In this document: one piece after another, positions 15,101 to 30,100 of the stretch
Layout: every line of letters begins with the position of its first letter
How positions within the stretch are numbered: the first letter of the stretch is position 1
From: Lytechinus pictus
Taxonomy: Eukaryota
Length of the DNA stretch: 64,000 nt
Assembly (NCBI RefSeq): GCF_037042905.1
Contig: NC_087255.1
Location: 22,010,001 to 22,074,000, forward strand
Direction: 5' to 3'
Program-made: the position numbers and the translations under genes
The notes under the pieces: generated by a model
What the model saw: only the letters and a program-made list of their open reading frames with translations
Database searches by the model: none
Told to the model about the DNA's origin: nothing

Positions 15101-18100
15101 TATTCTCCTGACCTGAGCAATATATCCCCCAATTTGTTTATTTTTAGTACAAGACACGGCAGATTACAGAGGTTGTCGAAGCGACGATGATGCCGATGAT
15201 GACACAGACCACAGACATGATGACGGACTCGATGACCACGGACATGATGAATACCACGGGGATGATGAACTCGACAACGATGACGGGTCCCATCACCATC
15301 GTGTATTCGAGTGGGGGTTATGAGTACAAGTCCAATATCCTGGGCCTGGTCGTGTTCTCCTGCGTGTTTGGTGCTGTACTCGGGCGTCTTGGTGAGAAGG
15401 GGGTACCCTTCAAGGCCGTGGTCGAGTCCATCATGGAATGCGTCATGGTCATCGTCGGCTATATCATCTGGTAAGTGATCACAGTTGTGATCTATCGTCA
15501 TGTACAGTGGCGGATCCAGCTATAGAATCCAGCAAAATTATGCAGACACCTATTTTGTTTCTATATGTACCATTGTTTTCTTTCATTCAGTTGGCATCTC
15601 AACAATTCGTTTACGTCATGCCATAGGACTTTACGTTATCACCATATCATATTAATGGGAAAAGATGATCCAAGATATTTCAGAGGATAAAACAAATGAG
15701 CTAAGTTTATAGTACTGAAATTATACATGTATATTTCTTAAAGTCAATTTTAATCCATTTGCCAATATCTAGGATCATTATTTTCACTGTCTAAAGATGA
15801 AAATTTTAATTCGTTAATCGTATACAGGCATCTCCTTCAAGGTGCAAAAATATACACTTTTTAAAGTCCGTCTTGGCATTTTAGTAATCACTTCGCAGAC
15901 GTTTTCTATAACGCAGAGAATCTATTGTCAAAAGCCCTTCAATGACAAACAGCCTTTGTCGAAAATCGGTGAATCAAAACATCAGTGTCGTCCTGGACTC
16001 TGAAAAAACGACATCTTTGCATTTTTTAGTCTAGTCCGAAATCTTAAGAAGAGGTGCTGTCTCGGTTCACCAACTTTCGACAAAAACCTCTCAGCTGTCC
16101 ATTGCGATTTGACGGGCATTTTCAATAGATTCTCAACGTTGCAGAAAGCGTCTGCAAAGTGAGTGCTAAAAAACGTTAATGTCTTAGTTGTCGATAGTTG
16201 AATAATCATACATTCAAACTTCGTTCTTTGGTTATCTCCTGTGGGTGTATTTTCATATATTTTTCTGTAGATTATCTCCTACAAGGTTTAAGTAACAAAA
16301 TATATACAGTACTTTGTAAAAATCCTTCTTTTTTTCTTTTGTCGGTGTCAAGATTCATCATGTTGATAGCAGTTACTCTTAAACTTCTTTCTTTAGGTTA
16401 TCCCCCATTGGAGTATTCTTCCTGGTCCTTGGTAAGATCCTCAGTATGGATGATTGGGCCTTGGTCTTCCAACAAATCGGGATGTACTCCGCCACTGTCA
16501 TCCTGGGTCTTCTCATCCATGGGTTTATTATTCTACCGCTCCTCTACCTCATCTTCACCCGGTCCAACCCCTTCACCTTCCTCAAGGGTGTGGCCCCAGC
16601 CATGGTGACGGCCTTTGCCACCGCATCAAGGTAAGATCGTCCTCAGGGTTTTCACTCAAGCGAGTCATCGCTCAACGACGTACGGAGGATTCCAGAACTG
16701 AGTAAATGTATTGATAATACTCGTTAAATGACATAGAACAGCTCGGGGTCTTTGCCCCCCAAAATGATCATTCTGAACAGTAGTTTTGTCGTAAGTTTCA
16801 GATCTGACGAAAAATATATTGTTTGTCCAAGAATCAAGGCCTGAACTGCTATTTTGATTCACCAATTTTCGACAAAGACTTCTTTGTTGCTCTTTGTCGT
16901 GACGGGCAATACATTTTCTCTGTTCTCGAATCCTCCTTACGTCGCTATGCGAACTTTACAAAATTACGACGGGATCCTTTCTGACACCGGGGCTCCTAAC
17001 CATGTTAACACAAAGTTTGCGAAGGATATGAAAGAACACTTCTGATTGGTTCCTGTTTAATGTTTTGAACAAAATGCGCATGTGACATTGATCTCAATTG
17101 GCCATTGCAATTTAACGATTGATTGTAAGCCAAGGTATCACAGAGCTTCCCCCTACTGATGGAAAGAAACACATTTTTCCACAGTGTGTTCACATTGTAG
17201 AACACAATGTAAGATCATCTTCATACTGTTTAATTTTCAACAACTGTGTGAATCACATACTCTACTATGCCAACACACTGAGCATCCACACCATATAGGT
17301 AGCCGCAGTGTGAAATTCCTTTTACACTGCTAAATTTGACCATTTAACTGTGTGAATAATATTTTCACATTGTCCACTATGTGAACACACTGTGTGACAC
17401 TGTGTTATGTGTAACAGGGTTAGTAGGTCTGTGAACAATTCAACAACATGGACCAACCATATCAAATAATTCTTCTGAGCATACCGGAACCCTACCGCAT
17501 TCCTTATTCATGATTTTCATGAGATTATTCGGACAAAATCATGGGTGGTTTTTTTTTTCTGTGAGAAAAACGCAACTATACAAACCAATAGAAAATATGC
17601 CCATTATATACAGTTTCGACATAAACGGAGGAGGGGGAGTTCGGAAGTGTATGTGTGACTTTGTTTCGAATGTCCTCAGGTTCGATATTTAGTAAAATCG
17701 AATCCGGTCTGAGAAAGACTCTAAAATTGATTTCAGAGCCCTGATAAAAAGCATGTCATTGCTAAACTAAGTAAGAAGATTGTGCCAAATAGCCATCTAT
17801 AGTATAAAATGTGTAATTCCGAGTGTTATGGAGCTGGTTATTCATTTCAAGTGATGACGTCTGTCCCTGCACATTTTGGAAGCAAAAGACTTCACAAAAC
17901 AGAATGTCTTTGTTAAACACACAGTAAATTTTTTTTTAAGTTTGCTAATGAAGTTTTGACGTTGCTGGCTCTTCAAATGTGCTAATTAAATTTAGTCTGT
18001 CGAAAACGTTTATAAGACCGGAGTTTATTAATATGAAATTTACTATTTGAAAATGAGTGAATGAAATCGGTAAACTGGGCGTAAATATATAAGTCTATTC

Positions 18101-21100
18101 TATTCTATTCTATTCTATTGACCTGCTGCTTTTATTAATTCTCAAAGTATGGTGGCGTGATGACTTTTAGGTGGCTGATCACGGTAGGAACTGGTTGGTT
18201 GATAGGGTCAATATTTACTTGTTGGAAATCCACGCCTTTGAAAGAGAGAACATAAATAAGTCGTAACAAATATATAGGTCAAAGTAGATTGACAGGTGCA
18301 ATATCTGGGGTTATATTCTATTTTGTGTCATCATGGTCATCTAATTATCAAAAACAAACTTTTTTTGTTGTCAGAGAGCTGTCGTCCCAAACGATGATTA
18401 TTCCGTCAAAACGCAACCTTATAAAGTCGACAAACCGTGAATGCTCGGAATACATTGCGGTTTTTCACCTTCCTTTATTTACACAATTGCAGTAAAAACA
18501 GATCCAGTACATTTTTATACGATATCCAAGGTTCATTCCTAATAAACGAACTATTTATTTATATAGCATCTCCGAGCCCACTGGATTCTGAAATACCTCA
18601 CTAAGCACGGGGAAGCAAGGAAAGGGTTAAACAATAATGTATTTACATACAGTACTACAAGGCTGTATTAATTTTGATTTTACTGTCAAAATGGAATCTT
18701 TGTTTGCTGGTTAATATTATCTGGTTGTATGATCGTGACACTTAGGAAAATCCCTGCCCCTCTCTTTATTAGGGAGATTTCGCAACACTACGCAGACGTT
18801 TTCTAGAACGCTGGGAATCTATTGTCCAAAGCCCTTCATGGCATAACCTTTGTCGAAAATTGGTGAATCAAAACAGCAGTGTCGTCCTGGACTCTTGACA
18901 AACGACACATTTGCAATTTTTCGTCAGCTCCGAATCTCAAGACGATCTGCTGTCTCGGTCCACCAATTTTCGACAAAGACCTTTCAGCTGTCCATTGTGA
19001 TATGACAGCCATTTTCAATAGACTTAAACATGTTGTAGAATTCGCCCCTCTTGCAATTGCGAAAACTTAATTGCTACTTACACTTCTACCTGCACCAATT
19101 CGCCTATATCTCTTTCTCACTCTCTTCTTTCTTTGTCCTCTATTCTTCACTATTTGGTATTATGATTGTCTTACTTTTTGTCCTTCATTGGTTATAATGT
19201 TTAATATTTTATGTAGCATTTTTTATTGTCTTCTGTTCTCTTCATCATTTTGCATACCAGCTTGTTTCAACGGTTCCATGACATTTGCTCCTCCACACAC
19301 TAATCGAAAGACCAACTTCAACACTGGATTTAACACTATACCCTATCCTAAACCTAACCCTAAACCTAACATAAACCCCTACTGCAACACTAAACCCAAC
19401 TCTATATCTTAGACGAAATAAAGCCCGGAGCAATTGTCGCTGGAGCAAATGTCGTGTCACCTGTTTGTTTCAACATGTACTAAGTTGAAACAAGTCTCAA
19501 AGGATTGCCTTTCATACAAGCATACAGCTTTTCTTTTCTTTTTTTACTTACTTTTGACAAAGTATTATAGCTACGTGCGAATTTTTCTTTTCTTCTACTT
19601 TGTTATCAATTTACGATTGACCTACTTTGGGATATATTTGACTTTGTTATGTTACTCGGTTAAGTGAACGTGAAATTATTAATACAAATACCAGAAGCGG
19701 ATCTAGAGGGGGGGTTGGTGGGTTGCAACCCCCCCCAAAAAAAAAATCCGGGGACCATTTTTTTTAATCTTATCTTTTTTTTAAAACTTGTAATTTTATT
19801 TTATTCTATTTTATGCAAGAAAACGCCATTTTCACACACAGATTTTCAAAAATTTTCCCTACTGTGGGAGGGGGGACACCCCCCTCCCACACCCTCCCCC
19901 CTCGCTCGCTCTGCTCGCTTGGACTCGGTCGCTACGCTCCCTCGCATACCACCCCAACCCCCCCCTTTATAAAAAGCTGGATCCGCCCCTGAATACAGGT
20001 AACCACACCTCCATTTTGAATTACAAAGCAAGATTTAAGATGTCATCATTTTGCTCAACACCACAATGGCCGATGTTGTTATGAATGCAAATATACTGAT
20101 ATACTGCTTTTTAAAGTCCAGATGTAAAAAAAAAATCTGAAGAAATATCAGGAAATAATTGACTTAAGTAATAATGTCAGTCAAATAACAAAGGAGGCTA
20201 TATAAGTTACAGAAACCGAACAATTAATGTAATTTTCCATCTTTCTCGCTTCCCTTATTGAAAATCGTAGGGGGTGATTACTATAAAAATAGTATATGTA
20301 TATGTGTATATATCCCTTTATTTCTTTGTCTCTTTTCTCCCGTATAGCTCGGCCACTCTACCCGTAACCATCACAAGTCTTGAGAACAATAATAAGATTG
20401 ATAAAAGAGTCACTCGTTTCGTACTTCCCATTGGTGCAACCATTAACATGGACGGAACAGCCCTCTACGAAGCCGTGGCAGCCATCTTCATTGCCCAGGT
20501 CAACGACTACAGCCTCGACGCCGTCGACGTCATCGTCATCAGGTACGGAAGGGAATGTTCTCATTGGTCAATTTTGAAACCTATGTGCGATGAGCTCGGT
20601 AACATAAAGCATAATGATCGATCGTACGTGAGATTTATACGATTAATCACAGAAAAAAGATCTGTGCAATAAATCGATTGAATCAACCCTCCATTTAATT
20701 CCGCTTTTTTATGCTTTACGTTCATGTTCTTTCAACTTTATTTAAACAAAAACAATAAATAAAAAAACATACATCCGAAATACATAAAGCGTGAAACAAC
20801 GACAAATAACTTCACTGCAAACAAATGTTCAGATTTTCTGACAAAATCTTTATACATTTTCCTTGAGAGTTTGAAGGGCTCTGAAGTCGATATGTATCTT
20901 GTAAAATATAACGGTATTAATGTTACTGTAAGCGTATTTTCGAATTGAATGCAAAATTGTGGGATCAAACACAATCCATTTGGTTTAAGCATTTTTGTTC
21001 CGATCAGCAAACGATTATCGTTGGTGAATATGGATGAATTATACAGAGTAACTATAAGCTTGTAGGGATCGCTGTGAAAGTGCATGCATTACCAACTGAT

Positions 21101-24100
21101 CTATGAATCAAAAGTGCTGAATATTCTTTGAAATTAAATGATCCTGTAAAAAAAGAAAGGACAATCCAATGTTGTAAGAATGATTGATAGATTTGAGGGG
21201 CGTCCTTTTCAAGCCTTTGTGCTTATGACTGTTCCCTCCCATGCAATGATTGTTTATTGTTATTTTACCATGAGATATTGTCAATATATTTTTCTGTTGT
21301 ACGATTTATTTTTGCATGGAAATAAAGAATCAATCAATCAATCAATTTGTTCAATTTGAAAAAAAGTGTATTGGGTATATTATCAGCACGCGAATCGATT
21401 TACTCATCACTGCTCATTGAGTGTACGTGGACAATAAGAGATCAACGACATACACATCTTGGAATTGTCTTCACTCTAAAACAATATTTGGGGAAAATGC
21501 TCCGTGAGGGTAATTATGTGTCCAACCAACATTGCGCATTTCTTTTGGGCATTTTTATATATCAAGTGTGATGAAGATTCGGCCCATTCTAACGTTATTA
21601 CTGCTTATTTTTTAACCTTACTGCACAATATGCTTCCCACATTGGGTGAAATACTGCCCAAAATTGGTTGGACACATAATTACCCTCGTTCTGGTTAAAA
21701 TTTTACCCAATATGTTTTTACAGTGTTGAACGCGTTTGGGATCTGCAGCTGGCGAACTCCGTTTACGCGTATTCCTATATCCTCTGAGGGAGGGCGCTAT
21801 GAGATTATTGCGTCACAGACAAGGGTTTATATTCTTGGAATAATTTGTTCTTTCTCCCACAGTATCACAGCTACCCTTGCTAGTGTCGGGGCAGCAGGCG
21901 TGCCACAAGCCGGTCTCGTAACCTTAGTAATCGTCCTCAACGCAGTGGGTCTACCAGCCGATGACATCACTCTTATCCTCGTCATTGATTGGTTTCTGTA
22001 AGTGACGTCATTTCGATTTATATTCTCCTTTGTGTGCATTAGGTAGAAATAATCAAAACAAAAATCTTAAACTTTGGATGGTGTCTTTTGCTTTCAGAAT
22101 TCAGATGAATCAGATATTTGTAAGAGTGTTTTATTTTACATTATTGTTTAACAGAAACATTTTAAATAACTTATACACTTGTTCGTTTTTATTGTGATGC
22201 TGATATGGATCCTTAACAACCAAAATATGAGTTCAAATCAAATTATCAAACAGATTCTGTATAAAAAAAAATGTGCCTGCTCAATTTACCAATAACCACT
22301 TTAATTGGGATACCGCTCCCTCTACTTCAGTTATTCGATCCCTTGGTTCGTTTTAAAGTCCCTTGTCTCCTTATGTATGAATGTAATTGATTTGAAATAA
22401 AATATTGGGAAAGTTAAGTTACACATTAAAGGTTCTGAGTCATGCAACTATATTTTGCTCTTATTAGTTTTCAATTGTTTTTCTAAGAATTTTAACATTA
22501 TTAATATGATTTATTTATCTAGGATTAATAAGATATTGCTGGTTTTAGAAGTTAATTTCATAGTTTCTCACGCTCATAAGCCCCGCCTCCAGAAAAAGAT
22601 CGAAAACTCTCGAGCTCGCTAGTCACGTGACTATACGTCATCAAGGGAATCTGGCAGCTCTGCAAACTCGATCATCGCGCACGTAAAAAGTTTTCGTCTA
22701 TTATGTTTACGTATTGTAGCGCTGTATTGTTGAGAAAGTTTACCGAGTTCTTTTTGGAAAAGTTTTGTACATTTGTGATATTTGCGATAATATCAAGATG
22801 CCGGCGAGATGCATCGTCGGAGGTTGCAGCAACACTACGAAGGATGGTGCCAGCTTGCATTTGTTTCCCAAAGATGCAAATTTACGCAGAATATGGGTCT
22901 CGAAAGTGAAGTTGACCCGAGCAAATTGGAGCGGCCCCAGTGACTGGAGCGTGGTGTGCAGTAGCCACTTCGAAGATGCGGATTTTGATGACGGGTTGCA
23001 TGCTGCTTTTGGCATGAAGAGGACCCGGCGGCTGAAGCCCGACGCTGTGCCTAAAATAAAGAGTGGGTCATCAATGCAAGTAAAGAGGAGTGGGTCACGG
23101 ACAGCAGCGGACAAACGAAAGAAAATGAGGGTGAGCATATTATCTATTAGTAATAGACTTTGTTTAAAGTTTATCTTTGCAATTGTTGTGGTCAGTCAGT
23201 TCAAGTTCAACGACGGAAAGTGTGAGGATCACGTCAATTTCCTTATTTTATTTATTTTTTATTTTGAAGGTGTTTATGATGGTGGGCCCCAAGTCTGCGC
23301 ATCAAACAATTTGAGTTTAGATTAACATGAATTTCTTCTTATTATTTATTAACAAAATCTTTCCGTTAATAATGTTCCTTATATTATTATTAGTATTTTA
23401 GTAATTGTACTAAATTTCTCATTAAAAAAATGAAAGAAAATAGGCCTATAGGATTTTCTTGGAAAAACCTCGTAGGCCTACTGTAATTTTCAGATTTGTC
23501 AAAAAATGGTAGGCCTACCCCGAGCCCATGTCTGCGCACTCAATCTTTGCACACGATTCGGGGATTTTGATGAGAAAGGCTGCATTTTGATGCCGTCACA
23601 TGAAATGCCCTAAATCCATCATTTTGAGTCAGATTTTTTTTTAAATACCTGTCAGCCTGTAGACCTAGGCTATGGCTAGGTATTGCATGTGTAGAGCTCG
23701 TGCTCGTTGCGTATCTTCTTTTACTAGAATTGCGCTGATACGCGTGTGCGTAGACTTGGGGGAACTTGCCATAGGATACGCCTCGAAAATAAAAAAGGAA
23801 ATTGAAGTGATCCTCAAACTTTCCTCAAGAGTCCAGGCTCCACATTCATGACATTGGAAACAGGTCTACGAATTCTAAATTTCTGTTGCGAATTAGAAAT
23901 CCTATTAATTGTGAGTTGTATTTCAAGACAGGATCTACATTGTAGTACGTGGCTAGTGCTGTGAAGAGGTACAGTAGGCCCAACGTTAGGTCTAAAAGTT
24001 TTCTTGTTTCAGTTGTTTGTGCCATTGTGGTTCATTTCTCAAGTAAGGAAATATACAAACTCTTTTGGGGGTATGGTGGCTCTAGTGGTAAAGCGCCTGC

Positions 24101-27100
24101 CTCATGAACGGGAGGTCTTGGGTTCGATACCCGACCGAGTCATTAAAAAAGGGACCTCCTGCCTTACTAAAATACTAGGCACTCAGCATTTAGATTGGAG
24201 AAGGATAATAATTACAATTACATTCAGGTATTAATTATTATGTTATGCAGGGCCCGGTGGTAGAACAGTTTCCTAACTGAAGTGGCTACCCTGGGAATTA
24301 AAACGTTAGATTATTTTTACCTTTTTTTTAAAAAGCCAAAAAGTTTTTTTTTTTATTCCAGATCCAGATTCCAGGCCTAATATCATATTGTATATTGTCT
24401 CATTTTTATGTTTTGTAATGTTTCTTTGTCTTGATTTTGTATATTTTAATGGAAAAGAAATGAATTCAATTCAGTGTTTGTTTTACAAAGTCATGAGAAG
24501 GGTAAACAAATCTGCATGAAAGGAACCTTCTAAACAACATGATATTATAAGTTTGGACAAAATTGTTCATGCAATAATATACAGAGTTAAAAGATTCACA
24601 ATAATGATTGTAGAAATAGTTTATACCATGGAGCTATACATGTAGATCTATATTTTTTAGAAGAAATTTTTTTTGATAGAAATAAAATTTTTTTAAAGAG
24701 TGTACAGAAATAATGAAAATGGGATGAACTATTGGGCTCTATAAGAATTGATTTGGATATACAATAAGGCATGAAAATTATCTTTGTGATAGCAAATACA
24801 ACATAACTGAATTGATTTAATAATTACAATACAGGGATTAATGTAGAGATACAATGTGCAAAATATAATTAAATTAAGTTATTTGGTTGAATGAGATATA
24901 AATACAATGAAACATCTCAATTGTCATGGTTGAAGATACAGTGGAATGAATGAATTGACAATTTTATTTGAAAAAAAAACGAATTTGTATTTTTGATTAT
25001 TTTCGTGGTATTACATTTTTATACTTGATAAGTCAGAAAGTCTGCCTAAAGATGCAATAATGCAAGTATTGTACTCCGGGAAATAAGTTTTAAAATGTCC
25101 CCAAAGTATTACATATAGATCATTTTGTCTTTTGACATTACTTAATTTGCATATTAATATAGATAGCCCTCAATAATAAAATGTTAGAGCGTTAGAGGTT
25201 CCATGTCCCACCAATGTTTAATTTCTCACTTTTTTTATTTTCTATGATTTTTAATAATTGTAATAAATACTTAATGCTCATTTTACCAATTAAGCAAATT
25301 AGGTGCTCCAATTTGCATAAATATGCATACATCTAATTTCTCGTACTGAAAATTTAAAATGTAATATTTGGACTTTCTTATCCCACCAATGATTACTCCA
25401 TACAATGCATATATGAAATTATGTAGGGTGACTTTGCAACAGTTTGTACTCACTGCCATACATCATAAAGTAGGTAGTGAAATCTAACTGAGGTCTGAAT
25501 GAAAAATAGATCTGAAGGAAGATGATTTCTAATTCCATTCAATTCAATCATGGTTTATTTCATATTAAAAAAAATACATGTTACACAGCCCAAACTTAAG
25601 GCTGAAATTAGCATGTTAATATGTTATTAATTCCTTAAGTTTATTATTTTAGAAATAAGAACACATGGCTATTGTGTATATTTTTCTCTCATTTTTTATT
25701 TAAATTATTCTCACAGATGCTGGATGAATTGCTGTCAACATCTGTTGAAGCTAGGGATGCTGAGGAGCAAGGGTCAGCAGTGGAGCCTGCATCAATGGAA
25801 AGTCCATCAGACACTGATGAGCCAGGATGCAGCCAATGGACAGATGAACATTCATCTGAGTCTGAAGAATCCTTTGATGAACAGGTATAAATTTGTTTTC
25901 AAATTGTGCACCCCCTCCCCGTGAAAAGACATGAAAGCAAACAAACATAAAAGGTAATTTAGCAGCAAATAAGGGATAATATTGAGTAAATTATCAACCA
26001 CAATGAATTTAGCAGAATTTAGGATACATGTAAATTATATTGACATTTTTTTCTTTCCAAAGAAACCAAAACCTTTATGCATGTGATTCAAACAAGACAT
26101 ATGGTTCATGAAAAACTCATAATACTTGTCTTCCAAGTCTTAACATACCTGGCTGTGACTGAAATTACAGTTTATCCCAAAATTGATTCAGGTGTAGTTT
26201 TGATTAGTATTTGTGCTGGAAACCATACTTTATTTATGTATATAATTTTTTTGCATGTCACTGGTAGTGGTATGTACATGTATTCAGCATATTTTGGCTA
26301 CTGTATTGATATCCAATTAACAGCCGTTCAAAGATCCAGCTATGGAATTTCAGCAGCATGGCCATACAACCTCTGTTGGGATACAGGTCTCTGTAGCAAC
26401 AAGAGTTAAACGTAAGTTTATTTTTCATCTGTTTATCTATATTGTCAATTTTCCTTTTGAGGCTGGTGCTGCTAAGTTGTGGAAAGTTTTTGTAAACATA
26501 TGCTCTAGATAATATATTTATTGAGGCTATAAATATTGAATTACTGATATTCATTCCCAATCTGACAGAATCAGTGTCATGTAGTTTAATTAACTTGGCT
26601 ATGATAGTCATGAACATCTATAGCTATTATACATTTACATTTAATAGAATACTGCATCATTCTGTGTTCCTTGTATATTTTTGGATACTTGCAAGCGATT
26701 TTGCTGATTTGCATATGCGCAGTACCAAAACCATTAACAGGAGTCATGCTCAGTATGTCACATATTATTCACAATGTTGCTAGAAAGATAAGTTACGGGT
26801 ACCAATTTGAAGGTGTAAATGTTGCAATTCCACTTGAAGAATAAGTCCTACGCAGTAGTCCGGGCCACAGATAACTTACACCCTGGATTGCAGATATGTT
26901 GTGTTCCCCTATGTCTGAAAATTTGTTTCACAACCAAAGTAAAAGTAAAATATACATGGACATTTTCAGGGTCCCAAAGGGTTGTACTTCTGCAGAACAC
27001 AGGTTCACAGATACCACCCGATATTCCAGCCTTTATTTCAAGAGGGACCTCTTTTGACAAAGGGGATATACCAGAAGAGAAAGTTGATGCGAAGGAAGCG

Positions 27101-30100
27101 GAGGAAGAAAGGTTATCATCTCCAGAAAGTGACGCCGCAGAACCCTCCTCACCTGGATACAAACCACCATCATCTTCATCTTCATCATCAGATGAGCGTG
27201 TTATTGCCAAGCCACAAAAAAGACAGAGAAAACGGTTAGTTCTTTCATTATCCTGTTCAAAATCAATACTAGTACTGTAAATTCTTTTGAGAAAAACCTC
27301 AGACACATATCATAGTGATTTAATAAATAAAGCATTTTAGATAATTTTTCTTATATATTACAGCAACAGCAGGCTGATGAAATTCTTACATCGTCTTTTA
27401 GGATTTTTTTTGTATTTCTAAACAATTTTATTTTTTGTCTTTTATTTCAAATACAGGAAAAGGCGATCAAGCAAAAAGGCCACATGGGAAGCCCCAGCCC
27501 AAGGTATTCCTCCACACAAGGAAAAAAAATACATTGTATACGAGTCTAAGCTTTTGGAGCTGTTGCAGTTTTGCCCATCCTGCAAGTCTGCAAATGTGTC
27601 CCTTGTAAAGAGGGAAGTTGGAAGCCTCCTTTCTGTGACAAGGGAGTGCCTGTCTTGTGACCAGAAGTCGACAACATGGGAGAGCCAGCCATGGATAGGC
27701 CCCTATCCTGCTGGCAACCTCCAGCTGTCAGCGGCAATCCTGTTTGCTGGCGGGAGCCCCAGTGAGTCGCTGCGAGTGCTGAAGCATTTTAACGTAGCAA
27801 CGCACACACGCAGGACTTTCTTCCGACACCAGCAGAAAGTTTTGCATCCAGCTATCACCAATCAATGGCAGAAGCAACAGAACCATCTGCTCACTGAACT
27901 GTGTGAACGGGGTCTGCCACTCACCATTGGGGGAGATGGGAGAGCGGACAGTCCAGGACATTCTGCAAAGTTTGGGGTATACACTGCCCTAGAATTGAAT
28001 GTCAACAAGATTGTTGATTTTCAGCTGGTTCAGGTGGGTCTGATTTTCTGTCCTTAGTTCATGTTCCCATGATACATATGACCACAAGTGCCTAGTTTTA
28101 TTTCATGAAATAGAAAGTAAATATAAAGAATCTGCATTTTTGCCAAGACGGGTTAAGTTGAAACACAATTCCTCTTGTCTTGGTTACTTATTATATTCAT
28201 GTCTGCCAATTTAAATTGATTAAATTTAAAGGCTATTTTGATGTTCCAGCCCCAAACTGTTATTTCATGTTATCACTATTGTGTGTTATGCAATGTTGAT
28301 TTATATTTTGTATTTTGTTTTTTCATAGAGTAATGAGGTGAAGGGTTCGTACCACATGGAGTTGGAAGGTTTCAAGAGAGTTGTCAACTTTCTTGATGAC
28401 AAGGGACTAGTAATCAGGAAGTTGGTAACGGACCGACATAGACAACTTGCCAAATACATCAGAATCACACTTCCACACATTATTCATGTGTATGATGTCT
28501 GGCATGTATCCAAAGGTGAGTAATTATCATACATTTGTGTCTTGCAAAATATATTTAAAATGAAATATTAATTCGACTTGTTTATGATTAAATATTTAGT
28601 GCTTAAACTCCTGGTCCTAAGCAAAAGCAACTATACACTGCTAGAATGCTGCAAGTACTCAGAAAACAATGTGAGTTTTATCTAATTTAATTGCTTACCA
28701 AGTGAGTTTTTTGCTTTACAAGCACTCAAATTAGCGAGCTTCAAAAAACAGCAGTATCTCACTTGTCAAAGGCCTGAATTCTGTGATGTCATTTCATGTG
28801 AAGCGAGTAGTGATTTAGTCCAAAAATTAATGCTTCTATTTCACATTCCATCTCCTTGTTTCTCTTTTGCATCATGCTTGCATTTGGTTTTTCATATAAA
28901 TACGTGAGGCAGTTATCTATGATAAACATTTCGCATGATGTCATCAATTAAGGCATTTTTGTTGTTTTTGTTTTTAGTTTTGGTATATTTTTTATTACCT
29001 ATATTAGGTGTTGGAAAGAAGGTGCATGCCTTGGCGAAGCAAAAGGATTGTGAAGAACTTGTGCAATGGGAACCAAGCATCACCAACCACATGTATTGGG
29101 TGGCTGCAACTTGTGAAGAGGATGAAGACGATCTGAGGGTGGCCAAGTGGAAGTCTCTTATGAACCACATCCAAGGGATCCATGAAGGTCATTCTGAAGT
29201 CTTTCCCAAGTGTCTTCATGGTGACTTGCAAGCTCAAGGTCGCAAGAAAAAATGGCTCACACCAGGTAAATTCATGAATAAGATTCATTTGTTTAATGTT
29301 AGATCTGTATCATATGAAACAAGAAAAATCAAACCTTATGAATATTGTATTTTCCTTACCTACCAATACCATTCATTATCAATTTATGCCATTACTCTCA
29401 TAAAGTATGTTGATTCAATTTTATTGCATTTTTTCCATTTTGAAAACTGTAATTATGACGTTACCTGCTCATTAAGCATGATACACTGGTTACCTAAGGC
29501 AACAATTGTTTAATGATTCCGCTCCTTTTGTATCCATTTTTCAGGCACAAAAGTCTGTGAAAAACTAACAGGTATCGTGCAAAGCACCATGTTGTTGAAC
29601 GATGTGAAAAAGTTGTCTGGAGACCAACAGACATCTTCCCTGGAGTCATATCACAGTCTGGTGAACCGGTATGCGCCCAAGCTGAAGTCCTATTCGTATG
29701 AAGGAATGACTAGCAGGTAAATGCACTATATATTCTATGAGAAGAGTTACATTGGACCATGTTTCTTTATTTAGCATACACACAAAATAATGTGGGTAAT
29801 TCCAAGCAAAAGTGGATATTTATAGGACTCTATTAAAAAGGGTAGATCTAATGTTTGGATTAAAACCCATATGGAATAATGCAAATGGTTTTATAACCCC
29901 CCCCCCCAAAAAAAGTCTGACAGATAGTAAGAGGCAGTGGCGTACCTAGGATTTTCCACAGGGGGGGGGGGGGGGCAAAATCGGCCGCCAAAAAAAAAAA
30001 AAAAAAAAGGTCTTCAATAAAAAATAAAAGGTTATTGTACCAGAAAAAAAAAAGAAAAAAAAGGTCTTCAATGAAAAATAAAAGGTTATTGTACCAGAAA

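Noticed and set aside
22765-23325. Stand-alone host THAP transcription factor
   Set aside because: It splices in frame to a DDE core and lies within TSD-bounded ends.
24068-24142. tRNA-Met-like gene (CAT loop)
   Set aside because: The acceptor stem is poor and the sequence continues into a SINE-like body, so it is treated as a SINE head.
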